From Synechococcus sp. (GTDB lineage Bacteria > Cyanobacteriota > Cyanobacteriia > Thermostichales > PCC-7336): a stretch of 38,676 bases of DNA. A program made the translations under genes and the position numbers. This document shows, one piece after another, positions 9,459 to 20,139 of the stretch. Below the pieces are notes generated by a model. That model worked only from the letters and a program-made list of their open reading frames with translations. It was not told the origin of the DNA and ran no database searches. Where the stretch lies: the NCBI GenBank assembly GCA_051439425.1, contig JBFRWD010000051.1, positions 1 to 38,676 on the forward strand. The letters are read 5' to 3'. Position 1 is the stretch's first letter. The number at the start of each line of letters is the position of its first letter.

Positions 9459-10484
9459 ATGTCTGCAAAAGCAATTGGAGCAGTAGTCACCCTAGGGGTT
9501 GTGGGAGTGGGCGGCTATTTCGCGTATTCCGGTCTCTCTGGCGTCCAAACCAACTTGATCGTGAGTGAAGTTGAAGCGATTGTGGCCGATCTCGATCCCC
9601 AAGCGACATTGGACTACGATTCTGCTCGCAGCGGCTTCTTGTCAAGTAGCGCAGAAATGACCGATGTCGTTGTCATGTTAGAGACCGGTGACACCATTCG
9701 CGCCGATCGCATTGTGGGCAATAAGAGCGGCGCAGGCGAAATTGAAAACATAATCATCAGCTCGACCAGTGGCGAAGCCATCAGCATAGATCGCATCATC
9801 GTGCATGAAGTAGATACTGAAAACGAACAGCCAACATTTGCGCGAGTCTCGGTTGAAGGCCTCAGCTTTGAAGGAGCAGCAGCGGCATTTGGGCCTCAAA
9901 CCCTCGTGTTTAATTCTTTGGGATACAGCTTTGATGATTTAACCGTAGACCTGGAGTTTGCCTACAACTTCGATGAAGCAGCTCAGCAAGTAAATGCCTC
10001 CTTCTCTCAATCAATCGCAGAAGTCGGAGGATTGTCTGGTGAGATGGTTCTTGGAGATTTTAGTTCGGACGATTTCTCGATGGTATTCGAGTCATTTGAT
10101 GCGGATAGTCTTTCCGACGAAACAGCCACGTTAGAGTCGTTGGATGCCACCCTTGTTAGCGTGGAACTGTCTTACCAAGACGATTCCCTCATACCGCGCG
10201 TTTACGACTTTGTCTCCGCTATGCAACAGGTATCTGTTGATGAAGTCGAACAAATGGCCTTGCTGTTCGTTGACCAGTTGCAAACAGAACTGCCAGATGG
10301 AGAGTTTCGACGTCAGGCCACAACTGCGGCTGCCACTTTTATCGAAAACCCCAAAAGCCTGACGTTAACAATCGCCCCTAGTGCACCCGTATCGTTCGAC
10401 TCAGTGTCCCAAGATCTGTCAGCCAATCCAGACTTAAACGACATTGCGAATGCCTACGGTCTCAGCATTGCAGCCAACCAATAG
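9459..10484 (+). CDS. Hypothetical acidic membrane-anchored/exported protein
   Basis: 341-aa ORF with an N-terminal hydrophobic anchor, GGAG RBS before ATG 9459 and a beta-rich acidic body; no family confidently recognised. Confidence 0.75.
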   Translation: MSAKAIGAVVTLGVVGVGGYFAYSGLSGVQTNLIVSEVEAIVADLDPQATLDYDSARSGFLSSSAEMTDVVVMLETGDTIRADRIVGNKSGAGEIENIIISSTSGEAISIDRIIVHEVDTENEQPTFARVSVEGLSFEGAAAAFGPQTLVFNSLGYSFDDLTVDLEFAYNFDEAAQQVNASFSQSIAEVGGLSGEMVLGDFSSDDFSMVFESFDADSLSDETATLESLDATLVSVELSYQDDSLIPRVYDFVSAMQQVSVDEVEQMALLFVDQLQTELPDGEFRRQATTAAATFIENPKSLTLTIAPSAPVSFDSVSQDLSANPDLNDIANAYGLSIAANQ

Positions 10485-10542
10485 CTCCTGTCAGATGCCG
10501 TCGTTCTTGCACCAAGGCTGTCAAGCCTATAAGAGTCTCTCG

Positions 10543-11676
10543 CTAAGCAGCAAGCACAGCTTTGGCCTGAACGCTCTGGTAAAAGTCTTCCAATTGGCTA
10601 GTTGCAGCTTCCCAGCCCCACTGTTCGGCCTCGCTTCGAGCATTGGTTCGAATATCTGCCATCCGATCGCGATCGTTCAGCATTTGTCGGGCTACCGCCA
10701 CAAACTCGTCATCGGAATTAGGGGCAAATAAATATCCGTTCACCCCTTCATCAATGATGTCTGTAATACCGCCCGAGCGAGCCGCCATTGCGGGGCACCC
10801 TGCCGCCATCGCTTCTAGTAATACCAGCCCCAATGTTTCGGTACGAGATGGGAAGACGAATAAGTCCGCAGACGCAAACGCAGATGCTAACTCTTGTCCT
10901 TTGAGATAGCCGGTGAATACCACGTCATGGCCTTCGAAATGCTGCTCGATACCGTCGCGGTTGGGACCATCACCGACAACAGCTAACCGAGTCTCCGGAA
11001 TCTGCTCCAAGATGGTGCGAATGCGAGTCACCTCTTTCTCTGCCGATAGACGACCCACGTAAAGGAGCAGCGGGCGATCGGGTTGACCGTCACTCAACCG
11101 AAATCGCATTTCGTCAGACGTAGCATTGGGGTGAAATAGCTCGGTATCGACCCCTCGCTGCCACACATGTACGCGTTCAATCCCGTGGCTGCTCAGCTCC
11201 TCCTGCATGGCTGTCGAGGTACATAGATTAATGGCAGCACGGTTGTGCCCCATCTTCAGAAGGCTCCACAGCGTTCCTTCCAAGAATCCCAAACCATAAT
11301 GTTGCAGGTACTTGGGCAGGTGGGTGTGATAAGAGGCTACCAACGGCAAATCCATTGCATCGCTGTAGTAAATCCCTCCTAAACCCAGGACGGCAGGATT
11401 AACAACGTGAATTAAATCCGGCTTGAAACTACGCAGAACCCTCCCCACGGCAGGACTGGGGGCAGCCAACTTCAATTCGGGATAAAGAGGGAGGGGAACG
11501 CTGGGGATGCCGTAAACACGTGCCCCGTAGTATCGATGGGGGGCTCCTTCAATTTCGGGAGCAATCACCGCGACTTCATTGCCGTGGGCTGTTAAATTCT
11601 GAACGGTGTGACAGAGACGAGTGACGATACCGTCGATCTTCGGCAAGAACGTTTCGGTGAATAGGGCAATGCGCAT
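10543..11676 (-). CDS. sqdX: Sulfolipid (SQDG) synthase, glycosyltransferase family 4
   Basis: MRIALFTETFLPKIDGIVTRL start, LVASYHTHLPKYLQHYGLG, GT4 motif FPSRTETLGLVLLEAMAAG. Confidence 0.85.
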   Translation of the reverse strand: MRIALFTETFLPKIDGIVTRLCHTVQNLTAHGNEVAVIAPEIEGAPHRYYGARVYGIPSVPLPLYPELKLAAPSPAVGRVLRSFKPDLIHVVNPAVLGLGGIYYSDAMDLPLVASYHTHLPKYLQHYGLGFLEGTLWSLLKMGHNRAAINLCTSTAMQEELSSHGIERVHVWQRGVDTELFHPNATSDEMRFRLSDGQPDRPLLLYVGRLSAEKEVTRIRTILEQIPETRLAVVGDGPNRDGIEQHFEGHDVVFTGYLKGQELASAFASADLFVFPSRTETLGLVLLEAMAAGCPAMAARSGGITDIIDEGVNGYLFAPNSDDEFVAVARQMLNDRDRMADIRTNARSEAEQWGWEAATSQLEDFYQSVQAKAVLAA

Positions 11677-12259
11677 GGTATCCGAACTCCTTACCGAGAT
11701 TGCACCTACGGATCGATAGGTGTCGATGCTGCTGAGCATTTTACAGTAAAGAGTGAAAGTGAATAGCTTTTTGTGTGCAGCTCTTCGAGCGATAAAGTCT
11801 GATTAAATCTAATGCGATCCAGCCAACATTTTCATTGCCGATCGATGGTCACTCCCAAATTAATTGACACAAAAATATCACTCTCAGTAATTTGTTCCTC
11901 GAATTGACTGGCCTTGCCTAGCATAAACGTGAGGCTTCTCATGCTGCTGTACCGTGCAATCGGCTGCGGTGCATGCACTGCAATTGGTGCTTTTACGACA
12001 CGAATGAGAGGCATGTTTTACGGTGAATTGGTTAGTCTTTTGTGTTTCGCCGACGCCGACACCGCTCCGAGCAATATTTGACATCCTCCCAGCAACTTGC
12101 CCACTTTTTTCTCCACGAAAAAGGGCGATCGCACACAGGACATATTTTGGAAGGCAAATCGGACTTAGATATTTGACGAGGCATAAAGTCCTTCTGATTG
12201 ACTGGCAAATCTTGAGTGGAGGAAGAAGGCGGTGCAATTTTGTATACGTTTGGGTCTTA

Positions 12260-12285
12260 CGGCAAAGTGTCCAGACACTTTGCCG
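12260..12285. repeat. Perfect 12-bp inverted repeat upstream of clpS
   Basis: CGGCAAAGTGTC-CA-GACACTTTGCCG. Confidence 0.7.
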
Positions 12286-12377
12286 AACCAACCTCGCTAA
12301 CAGTTTCTGGTCGATGCTTAGTTTTCAGATAGATTAGTATCGACTGCGGACTACTATCAACATTCTTACTTGCTACC

Positions 12378-12686
12378 ATGCCAGCCGATTCTGCTACGCA
12401 AACCCTAACAGCCCCTGGGCGCGTGACCGAGCGGGTACGCAAACCCTATCCCAATTTTAAAGTGATTGTTCTGGATGACGACGTCAATACCGTCGATCAC
12501 GTGCAAAGCTGCTTACAGCGATATATTCCTCAAATGACAGCCATGCGTGCCTACGAATTGACCATGCAGGTTCACAAGCAGGGACAAGCACTCGTCTGGG
12601 TGGGACCTCAGGAACAGGCAGAGTTATACCACCAGCAGCTCAAGCAAGAAGGGCTGACAATGGCCCCACTTGAACCAGCGGCGTAA
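12378..12686 (+). CDS. clpS: ATP-dependent Clp protease adaptor ClpS
   Basis: RKPYPNFKVIVLDDDVNT..QVHKQGQALVWVGPQEQAELYHQQL..GLTMAPLE, typical of cyanobacterial ClpS. Confidence 0.95.
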   Translation: MPADSATQTLTAPGRVTERVRKPYPNFKVIVLDDDVNTVDHVQSCLQRYIPQMTAMRAYELTMQVHKQGQALVWVGPQEQAELYHQQLKQEGLTMAPLEPAA

Positions 12687-12760
12687 CACCTCACTTCTGT
12701 CAGGCTACTTCTACGCAATCAGCCTCCATCTGCACGGTAAATACTATCAACCAGAGAAAA

Positions 12761-13483
12761 TTAGCCACACGCACAATACTGGTCCAGAGTTTGCAGCATT
12801 CTCTTGCGCACATTGGGCTCAGTTTCCGTCCGAAGCGCTAATTTCAAGCAATCCAGGGCAAGTTGGCGTTGTTTAGGAGTGACTTGTCTATTTGATAGGG
12901 CCTGATTCACTGCTTGTACGGCGAGCAAGCGGATGAGTGGATCGGTGGACGCGATTTTCTGTAGGGATCGATCGAAATTATGGAACTCATTTGAGGATGG
13001 CAGCAATACCTGCATCCCCAGCACGCAGAAGATGCCAAAAGAGACGAGTCCTCGCCCGATCGCCCCACTGGGCAGCCAGCGATCGCCCCCTGCCATCCAC
13101 ATGGATAGTCCCGTGTAGGTTCCCAACGTTGCGATTGTTCCCCCTATAACTGTCAGCAGCAATGTCAACCCATATCCGTCGGGTAATTGGCGGCGCATCC
13201 ACGCCAATCGGTTCTGCCATGTAGGAGATTGCATCGCCGAACCGGTATTCATCGCAAAACTACCTGCCAGCAAAGCTAGGGCAAATCGCCAGTTCCAGAG
13301 CAATAGGATTCCAAACAGAACTGGGACAAGAGCACTGGAAACAGCCATCCGATCGGGAGCTATTTTTGTCGTGCTGCCAACCGCAAACGGCAGACGAGGA
13401 GCGCGGGGGGGGGGACGTTTCGGGGCGCTTGTTTCTTGGATGGGGCTATCGAATCGTTCCATTACACCAGTTTCCTCTGCCAA
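12761..13483 (-). CDS. Hypothetical membrane protein with a C-terminal HEAT/armadillo-like segment
   Basis: 3-4 hydrophobic helices (LLLWNWRFALALLAG) and a helical C-terminus (DPLIRLLAV..ETEPNVR); downstream of hisB. Start uncertain. Confidence 0.7.
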   Translation of the reverse strand: MAEETGVMERFDSPIQETSAPKRPPPRAPRLPFAVGSTTKIAPDRMAVSSALVPVLFGILLLWNWRFALALLAGSFAMNTGSAMQSPTWQNRLAWMRRQLPDGYGLTLLLTVIGGTIATLGTYTGLSMWMAGGDRWLPSGAIGRGLVSFGIFCVLGMQVLLPSSNEFHNFDRSLQKIASTDPLIRLLAVQAVNQALSNRQVTPKQRQLALDCLKLALRTETEPNVRKRMLQTLDQYCACG

Positions 13484-13538
13484 TTATCGCTAACGCTCCG
13501 GCTTCCAAATGCCCAATAAATTGGGTGACGGGGAACGG

Positions 13539-14168
13539 CTATAACATGCCTTTCGAGCTGGGAATCTGTGCGGCGCGGCGGGGGTCAACTTCCGTTGCCA
13601 TACGCATTGCGCGGGCAAAGGCTTTAAAGGTTGCTTCCACGATGTGATGGGAGTTGATGCCAGCCGCTTGACGAATGTGCAAGGTCATTTGGGCGTGATT
13701 GACTACCGCTTGGAAAAACTCCCGCACCAATTGAGTATCGTAAGTTCCGATGCGCTGGGTGGGAATATCGAGGCCAAATTCTAGATAAGGGCGACCGGAA
13801 AAGTCCATCACCACCTGTACTAGCGATTCATCCAGTGGCGCCCAAAAGTGACCGAAGCGATGAATGCCTTTGCGATCGCTGAGTGCCTGGGCCAGCGCCT
13901 GCCCGAGAGTAATCCCCACGTCTTCGTTGGTGTGATGGTCATCAATTTCCAGATCGCCAACGGCTTTGATGTCAAGGTCGAGTAAGCCGTGAGTGCTGAG
14001 CTGCACCAACATGTGGTCTAGGAAGGGAATGCCCGTATCCACCGAGTGCTGACCCGTACCATCCAAATTAATGCTGACTCGAACGTCCGTTTCCCCCGTC
14101 CGCCGGTGTATTTCTGCTTGGCGGCTGAGGGAAACAGCCTGGGAAATAGGGGTAGAGGTCGGTGACAT
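13539..14168 (-). CDS. hisB: Imidazoleglycerol-phosphate dehydratase
   Basis: [25 protein letters not shown] and [16 protein letters not shown] signatures. Confidence 0.97.
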   Translation of the reverse strand: MSPTSTPISQAVSLSRQAEIHRRTGETDVRVSINLDGTGQHSVDTGIPFLDHMLVQLSTHGLLDLDIKAVGDLEIDDHHTNEDVGITLGQALAQALSDRKGIHRFGHFWAPLDESLVQVVMDFSGRPYLEFGLDIPTQRIGTYDTQLVREFFQAVVNHAQMTLHIRQAAGINSHHIVEATFKAFARAMRMATEVDPRRAAQIPSSKGML

Positions 14169-14322
14169 GAGTATCCAAAGGGGAGTGTGTTTGATGCCTG
14201 ACGCTATTCAACTATTTCAGACACCGCAGAAATCGACAGTGGGGCAATTGCCGATCGTAAGAACGTAGGTTCAGTGTATCTCTCGTGTGAAGCGAAACTG
14301 GTGGTTTCGCCAACCACGCGCG

Positions 14323-14353
14323 AAAAAATCCCCCCTGAAGCAACCGAGGGGAT
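14323..14353 (-). terminator. Intrinsic terminator after the P450 gene
   Basis: Minus strand ATCCCCTC-N10-GGGGGGAT followed by TTTTT, about 70 nt after the P450 stop. Confidence 0.65.
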
Positions 14354-14420
14354 ACTGGCAAACCCATTCTGTCAAGTTGAGATCGCCCAGCCCAAAGCTG
14401 AGGACAAACAAGAGAGCACT

Positions 14421-15704
14421 CTACGACATGCGCACCGGCCACGAATCGGGAAACCCGCCCTCTAAAGTCATATTGCCTAGGAACTGGATTGTGCCGGCAT
14501 TGAGCAACCCTTGAACGGCGATCGGCACCTGAATGTGCGAAAAATATTTCCCTAAACAGGAATGAAGGCCGCTGAAGAAAAATAAGTAACTATCCTCGGG
14601 GCGCCCCACCTTAAATTCGGTGGGGTTCTCTATATAGTCGGCGTCGTGCATGGCCGAAGCCGTGGCTCCGTAAACAATCGTACCGGCCTTGATCGTGGTG
14701 GCACGAGGCGTTCCTGCCGCTATCGTGTAGTCCCGCACACAACTGCGAAACAAACCGGTGCCAGGTGGCTTGAATCGCAAGGCTTCCCAGACGTAACTCG
14801 CTACAGCAGAATGGTCGGGCAACTGTGCCGCAGCCTTGGCCTCAGGTAAGACATCCGGGCGGCCAGCCAGTACTCCATATGCGCTCAAAATCGCAATATT
14901 GGTGAGCGATAAGGTACCGACAAACATCCCCAGCAGGTTGTCGCGAATCTGGTCATCGTTCAGATAGGTCGTTTCGTTTTGCTGACAAGCCAGCAGTCGA
15001 TCCATCACCGTCACGTTAGGGGTGCCCAAATTCTGGCGCTGGATGGTGCGGCGATGGCGGGCGATTTCTCGGGCGATGATGGGGGCAGCGTCCGCTTGGG
15101 CGTTGACGGCGGCTTCGGCGATCGCCGGATCGCCAGCAATATTGGCAAAAATGTCCCCAAAGATAGCCCGCGTCCACTGCCAAATTTTAGTGTGAGGAAT
15201 TGCATCTAATCCCAAATAGCGTCGAATCACTAATGCCGGTACTAAGCGTGTGTACCCCTGGATCAGATCGAATTGCTCTCCCGGCGCGATACCCCCCAGA
15301 ATGCGGCTGGTTTCTTGTTTGACTAGAGTCTGAATGCGGGTGACGTCTTGGCGGGAGAAGACTAACCGTAGGATGGACTTTTGGCGTTCGTATTCTGCCG
15401 AATTCTGCATGCCCAGCACAAACGGCCCAATGTCTCGCATAATCTGTGGTGCAAAAACGTCGGTGGTGAAGACATCATCGGTGTTGAACATCTCCATCAC
15501 GTCAGCATATTTGGTGACGATCGCAAATGGAGGCCCTAAATAAATGGGTTGTTTTCCCCGCAATTCTGCAAAAAATGGCAAGGATTCACTTTTCAGCCAA
15601 CCACCGACTAGTGCGGCTTTTTGTTGGGCCGCTTGCCGGGGGTCAGAGGTGGAGCGATCGATTGCAGCTAATTGGTCTAGATATGACGCTATACCACTGG
15701 TCAT
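14421..15704 (-). CDS. Cytochrome P450 with an atypical I-helix
   Basis: ExxR (EALR), PTEF meander, heme ligand loop FFSGLHSCLG. Confidence 0.9.
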   Translation of the reverse strand: MTSGIASYLDQLAAIDRSTSDPRQAAQQKAALVGGWLKSESLPFFAELRGKQPIYLGPPFAIVTKYADVMEMFNTDDVFTTDVFAPQIMRDIGPFVLGMQNSAEYERQKSILRLVFSRQDVTRIQTLVKQETSRILGGIAPGEQFDLIQGYTRLVPALVIRRYLGLDAIPHTKIWQWTRAIFGDIFANIAGDPAIAEAAVNAQADAAPIIAREIARHRRTIQRQNLGTPNVTVMDRLLACQQNETTYLNDDQIRDNLLGMFVGTLSLTNIAILSAYGVLAGRPDVLPEAKAAAQLPDHSAVASYVWEALRFKPPGTGLFRSCVRDYTIAAGTPRATTIKAGTIVYGATASAMHDADYIENPTEFKVGRPEDSYLFFFSGLHSCLGKYFSHIQVPIAVQGLLNAGTIQFLGNMTLEGGFPDSWPVRMS

Positions 15705-15919
15705 TGCAGCTATCCTCTCAGAGGGAATGTCTTGTTCGTTTGGAGATTTGAGAAGTCTGCAGAAGCGTTGTATTAATTAGCGCGGCACGGAGCCGGGATT
15801 TGTATAGCACCGTTCTTAATGCACCATTAATCAATGACTATCCGTAAGAACGGCCAGCGAATTTTAAGGTTTGCTAGTGGCAACTTCAAAACTTCCACCT
15901 TGCCTATCGGAGTCGATTA

Positions 15920-16963
15920 TCAGCATTGAAAAGTATGGGAAGACTGCCACAGATAGGCGGTCCCATCCTCCGCTACCGATGCCAATTTCTGGCCGTCAGG
16001 ACTAAAACTCACCCCCCAGACTCTGCTCTCATGACCCTCCAGTTGATGCAACAGTTGACCCTCTAGATTCCAGATCCGCACTTTTCCATCGCTCCCCCCC
16101 GAAGCAAACGTCTGTCCGCTCGGGTTGAACGCTACCGACAGAGCACCTCCCTCGTGGGCATTGAGAGTCTGCAGCACTTCGCCTGTTATCGTCCACAAAC
16201 GCACCGTTCCATCTGCTCCAGCCGACGCCAGCACTCTACCGGAAGGAGCAATGCTGAGACTGCGAACAAACCCTCTATGTCCGGTAAACGTGCGCAGTAA
16301 TTCCCCTTCGATCGACCACAAATCGATCGTGCCGTCCTGATTGCCTGACACGATGTTCTGCCCATTGAGGGTAAATAAAGCCGTTAAAATCCATCCTCCG
16401 TTGCCCTCCAGAGTTCCGACCAAGTCAGCACTGCCGCCTTGTTGCCTGCGGGAGACATCCCACAATCGAATGGTGCGATCGGAGCTAGCAGTAGCCAGAA
16501 GATCCCCATCAGGACTGTAGCTAGCATCGTAAATAATGCCCCGGTGCCCATCGATGCTGGATAGTCGTCTACCATCCCGAGTCCATACTTTGGTTGTCCA
16601 GTTGGAATCGGCGGAGGCAAACAGGCGTCCCAGTGGACTGAACTCCACATGAACCGTCATCCTCCCCATCGATTCAAGGGTTTGTAGGAGCTCACCTTGC
16701 GCACTGACCAGCTCAATGCGGCCAGAGCTACCGCCGATCGCCATCAATTCGCCATCCGGACTAAAGGCCACGGTTGTAAAACTATCGGGTTCGATTGGTA
16801 ACGCAATCCGTTCGGGCGAGGAACAATGAGCTGCTGACCCAGACTCGTTGGCTCGAACAAATTCCCGAGAAGCGACAACATCAACAATCGTCCCGATCGC
16901 CCCAATTCCACAAATCGCCATTACGGCAACGATCGCGCGTCTTATCCGTATCCACCGAACCAC
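15920..16963 (-). CDS. WD40-repeat protein with N-terminal signal/anchor
   Basis: About 7 GH..FSPDG..LASAS.D.TVRLW repeats after a basic plus hydrophobic N-terminus. Confidence 0.9.
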   Translation of the reverse strand: MVRWIRIRRAIVAVMAICGIGAIGTIVDVVASREFVRANESGSAAHCSSPERIALPIEPDSFTTVAFSPDGELMAIGGSSGRIELVSAQGELLQTLESMGRMTVHVEFSPLGRLFASADSNWTTKVWTRDGRRLSSIDGHRGIIYDASYSPDGDLLATASSDRTIRLWDVSRRQQGGSADLVGTLEGNGGWILTALFTLNGQNIVSGNQDGTIDLWSIEGELLRTFTGHRGFVRSLSIAPSGRVLASAGADGTVRLWTITGEVLQTLNAHEGGALSVAFNPSGQTFASGGSDGKVRIWNLEGQLLHQLEGHESRVWGVSFSPDGQKLASVAEDGTAYLWQSSHTFQC

Positions 16964-17117
16964 GGCATTTTCCTCACATCACGCCCGTTCCCCCTGCAAG
17001 CAACCCTATAGCTAGAGGCCAGCAGATAGGTAGATTTTTGGAACATCCGTTCTTGCCTCCTAACCCCGAGCTACTATCGCTAGTCAATACCTTCTCGAAC
17101 AAAATCTGGAAACGTCT

Positions 17118-17765
17118 ATGCAGCTAATTGGGATGCTCGATTCGCCCTACGTGCGGCGGGTGGCGATCGCCCTTCAATACCTAGATTTGCCGTTTCAGCA
17201 CCAGTCGCTATCTGTCTTTCGCAATTTCGATCGCTTTCAAGAACTCAACCCGGTCGTCAAAGCCCCAACCCTGATCTGCGACAACGGCCGGGTTCTAATG
17301 GATTCCACGCTGATTCTCGATTACGCCGAAGCAAAACGAGTGCAGTTGGGGAAAGGGAGATGTCTGATGCCCACAGAGTTGGACGAGCGTCAGCAAGCAT
17401 TACGAACCATTGGTTTGGCACTGATGGCTTGCGATAAAAGCGTTCAACTGTATTACGAACAAGAACTTAGACCCAAAGACAAACAGTACCTGCCTTGGAT
17501 CGAGCGGGTGACGGGGCAGATAGGGAATGCCTATGCTGCATTGGAAACAGAGCTGGTGCAAAGGGAGGCAATCGTGACATCAGAGGCGATCGATTTGGCC
17601 AGTATAAGCAGTGCAGTAGCGTGGAATTTCACCAGCCAGATTATTCCGGGGGTTGTTTCGGCATACGACTATCCCCAGCTGCAAGCACTATCGGAACAGG
17701 CTGAAGCACTGGCAGAATTTGCTGCTGCTCCCTATGGAGATTCAACCTACAGTCCAGCGACTTAA
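17118..17765 (+). CDS. Glutathione S-transferase family protein
   Basis: MQLIGMLDSPYVRRVAI, NPVVKAPTL and LMDSTLILDY N-domain motifs. Confidence 0.92.
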   Translation: MQLIGMLDSPYVRRVAIALQYLDLPFQHQSLSVFRNFDRFQELNPVVKAPTLICDNGRVLMDSTLILDYAEAKRVQLGKGRCLMPTELDERQQALRTIGLALMACDKSVQLYYEQELRPKDKQYLPWIERVTGQIGNAYAALETELVQREAIVTSEAIDLASISSAVAWNFTSQIIPGVVSAYDYPQLQALSEQAEALAEFAAAPYGDSTYSPAT

Positions 17766-17921
17766 CGGCTAGTTGGCTGCGTAAGACCAAGGCACTTGGC
17801 ATTCCGTATAAAGGCGATCGCTAGCCACAGCACAACAGATCGGCTCATCAAAGAGTCCGCAATCAGTAAAGGGTGGAATTCATAGTCCGTTACAATACCC
17901 AGGGATTTGGTATTTCTGGAC

Positions 17922-18923
17922 ATGGCAAAGCAGCGGACGTTTTCTGGAATTCAGCCCTCTGGCGAACTACATTTGGGCAATTATCTGGGGGCGATTCGCA
18001 ACTGGGTTAACGAGCAAGACCAATACGAGAATTTCTTCTGCGTGGTGGATCAACATGCCATCACCGTTCCATACGATCCCAAAACGCTGGCCGAGCGCAC
18101 TCGCCAAGTGTTTGCCCTCTATCTCGCCTGTGGCCTCAACCCCGAGCACTCCACCGTTTTTGTTCAATCGCACGTTGTCGCTCACACCGAACTAGCCTGG
18201 TTGTTCAACACCTTCACCCCCATGAACTGGTGCGAGCGCATGATCCAGTACAAGGAAAAGCAAGCCAAAGTTGGGGAAGAAGCTAGTGTCGGTCTGTTCA
18301 GCTATCCTGTTCTGCAGGCCGCCGATATTTTGCTGTATCAGCCCAATTTTGTCCCCGTAGGAGAAGACCAGCGGCAACACATCGAACTCTGTCGGGACAT
18401 CGCCCGCCGCTTCAACGATCGCTTTGGCGAGACATTTGTTGTTCCCGACGCCCGCATCCGCCAGGATGGTGCCCGCGTCATGAGTCTGACTGATGGCACC
18501 AGCAAAATGTCTAAGTCCGACCCTTCCGAACTCAGTCGCATCTACCTGTTGGATTCTCCGGACGACATCACCAAGAAAGTCAAAAAAGCCAAAACCGATC
18601 CCACTCGCGGTTTGGAGTTCGACAATTCCGATCGCCCTGAGGCATCCAATCTCCTTACTCTCTACTATTTGCTCAGTGGCAAGGAGCGGGAAGTAGTTGC
18701 TGCCGAATGTGCCGATATGGGGTGGGGACAATTCAAGCCCCTGTTGGCAGAGACAGCGATTTCTGCGCTAGAGCCTATCCGTCTCAAATACCAAGAGATC
18801 GTCCGAGAGCCAGGATATTTAGACAGCTTATTGAAGAGCAATGCCGAGCGGGCCACAACCGTTGCGAACGAAACGCTTGCGTCCGTTCGAGCGGCTATGG
18901 GTTTTCTTCCTCGTCCTCATTAA
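17922..18923 (+). CDS. trpS: Tryptophan--tRNA ligase
   Basis: SGIQPSG, HLGN (HIGH), YPVLQAADIL, VPVGEDQ, KMSKS. Confidence 0.97.
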   Translation: MAKQRTFSGIQPSGELHLGNYLGAIRNWVNEQDQYENFFCVVDQHAITVPYDPKTLAERTRQVFALYLACGLNPEHSTVFVQSHVVAHTELAWLFNTFTPMNWCERMIQYKEKQAKVGEEASVGLFSYPVLQAADILLYQPNFVPVGEDQRQHIELCRDIARRFNDRFGETFVVPDARIRQDGARVMSLTDGTSKMSKSDPSELSRIYLLDSPDDITKKVKKAKTDPTRGLEFDNSDRPEASNLLTLYYLLSGKEREVVAAECADMGWGQFKPLLAETAISALEPIRLKYQEIVREPGYLDSLLKSNAERATTVANETLASVRAAMGFLPRPH

Positions 18924-19176
18924 TCCTTCAAAGCTGCGGAGATGAACAGTCGCAGGAATCAGACCCGTTCAATTGCAGTGACATCGCTAGTGTAGGGTTA
19001 TTCTTTTACTAGCCTGGGGCATTGTAAATGTTATAAAAAAATGCAAATATTCACAGACTTGTTTCAAGCCTCAATGTGACAGCCTCGTATCAGTAATGTG
19101 GCGGCATTATTTATGTCGACCGACTATTCTCCATCAGGCTCTCTATTCCAGCTCTACCACCTGCAACTTCAGACCT

Positions 19177-20139
19177 ATGAGCAGCACTGAACCAACTCCC
19201 GAAGTCAGCGTTCTGATTCCAACTCGCAATCGTCCCGAACTTGTGAAACGGGCGATCGCTAGTGTGCAAGCTCAGACCTTTACCAATTTTGAAATTGTAG
19301 TCACTATTGATGGTCCCGATCCCGCAACCGAAGAAGCATTAGCATCTCTTGACGAATCTCGCCTGCGCTGGATTGTCCACCCAGAAAACCGCGGTCTCCC
19401 TGCAGCCCGTTCCACCGGTATTCAGAATGCCTTCGGAGAATGGGTTGCCTATTTAGATGACGATGATGAGTGGATGCCCAATAAGCTAGAACGCCAGCTT
19501 GCCGTAGCAAAAGCATCCACATATACCTACCCCGTTATCTCCAGTCGTTTGATTGGCCGTACATCGAAGGGAGATTTTGTTTGGCCGAGAAGAATTCCCA
19601 GCCCCTCGGAACCATTGAGCGAGTATTTATTCGTTCGCAAATCACTGTTTTACGGTGAATCGTTGATGCAACCGTCAACATACCTGGTTAAGAAGGAACT
19701 GTTATTGCAGACGCTTCCCGATCCCGCCGTCAAGATGCATGAGGATTGGAACTGGTTACTCCATGCAATGACGATAGAGGGGGCAGGGGTAGAATTTCTC
19801 GAAGAGCCTCTCAGCGTTTGGTATCGTCCTGCTGGCCATGCGCAGATGAGTAATAACAACAAGTGGGATTACTCGCTCAACTGGATTCGCTCGGTCAAAC
19901 ACCTAGTTACTCCGAAGGCATACGCAGGCTTCATCATGAGCCACGTAGGTTCCCAAGCTGCATTAAATGGGGATCGCGAGCGATTCTGGCCACTTCTTTC
20001 AGAATGCCTGCGAGAAGGCCCTCCCAGTGTCATGGATACGTTCCTGTACATGCTGATGTGGATTGTTCCTAGTGACACGAGAACCAATATTCGCAATTTC
20101 GTCGTCAAAAAAATGATGAAGCAAGGGGGAAGTGCCTAG
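19177..20139 (+). CDS. Glycosyltransferase family 2
   Basis: VSVLIPTRNRP, EIVVTIDG, AYLDDDDEW (DxD), HEDWNW. ATG 19177 preferred. Confidence 0.92.
   Translation: MSSTEPTPEVSVLIPTRNRPELVKRAIASVQAQTFTNFEIVVTIDGPDPATEEALASLDESRLRWIVHPENRGLPAARSTGIQNAFGEWVAYLDDDDEWMPNKLERQLAVAKASTYTYPVISSRLIGRTSKGDFVWPRRIPSPSEPLSEYLFVRKSLFYGESLMQPSTYLVKKELLLQTLPDPAVKMHEDWNWLLHAMTIEGAGVEFLEEPLSVWYRPAGHAQMSNNNKWDYSLNWIRSVKHLVTPKAYAGFIMSHVGSQAALNGDRERFWPLLSECLREGPPSVMDTFLYMLMWIVPSDTRTNIRNFVVKKMMKQGGSA

Noticed and set aside
15810..15853. CCGTTCTTA..TAAGAACGG inverted repeat upstream of the P450
   Set aside because: 9-bp arms with a 26-nt spacer; too weak to call without conservation data.
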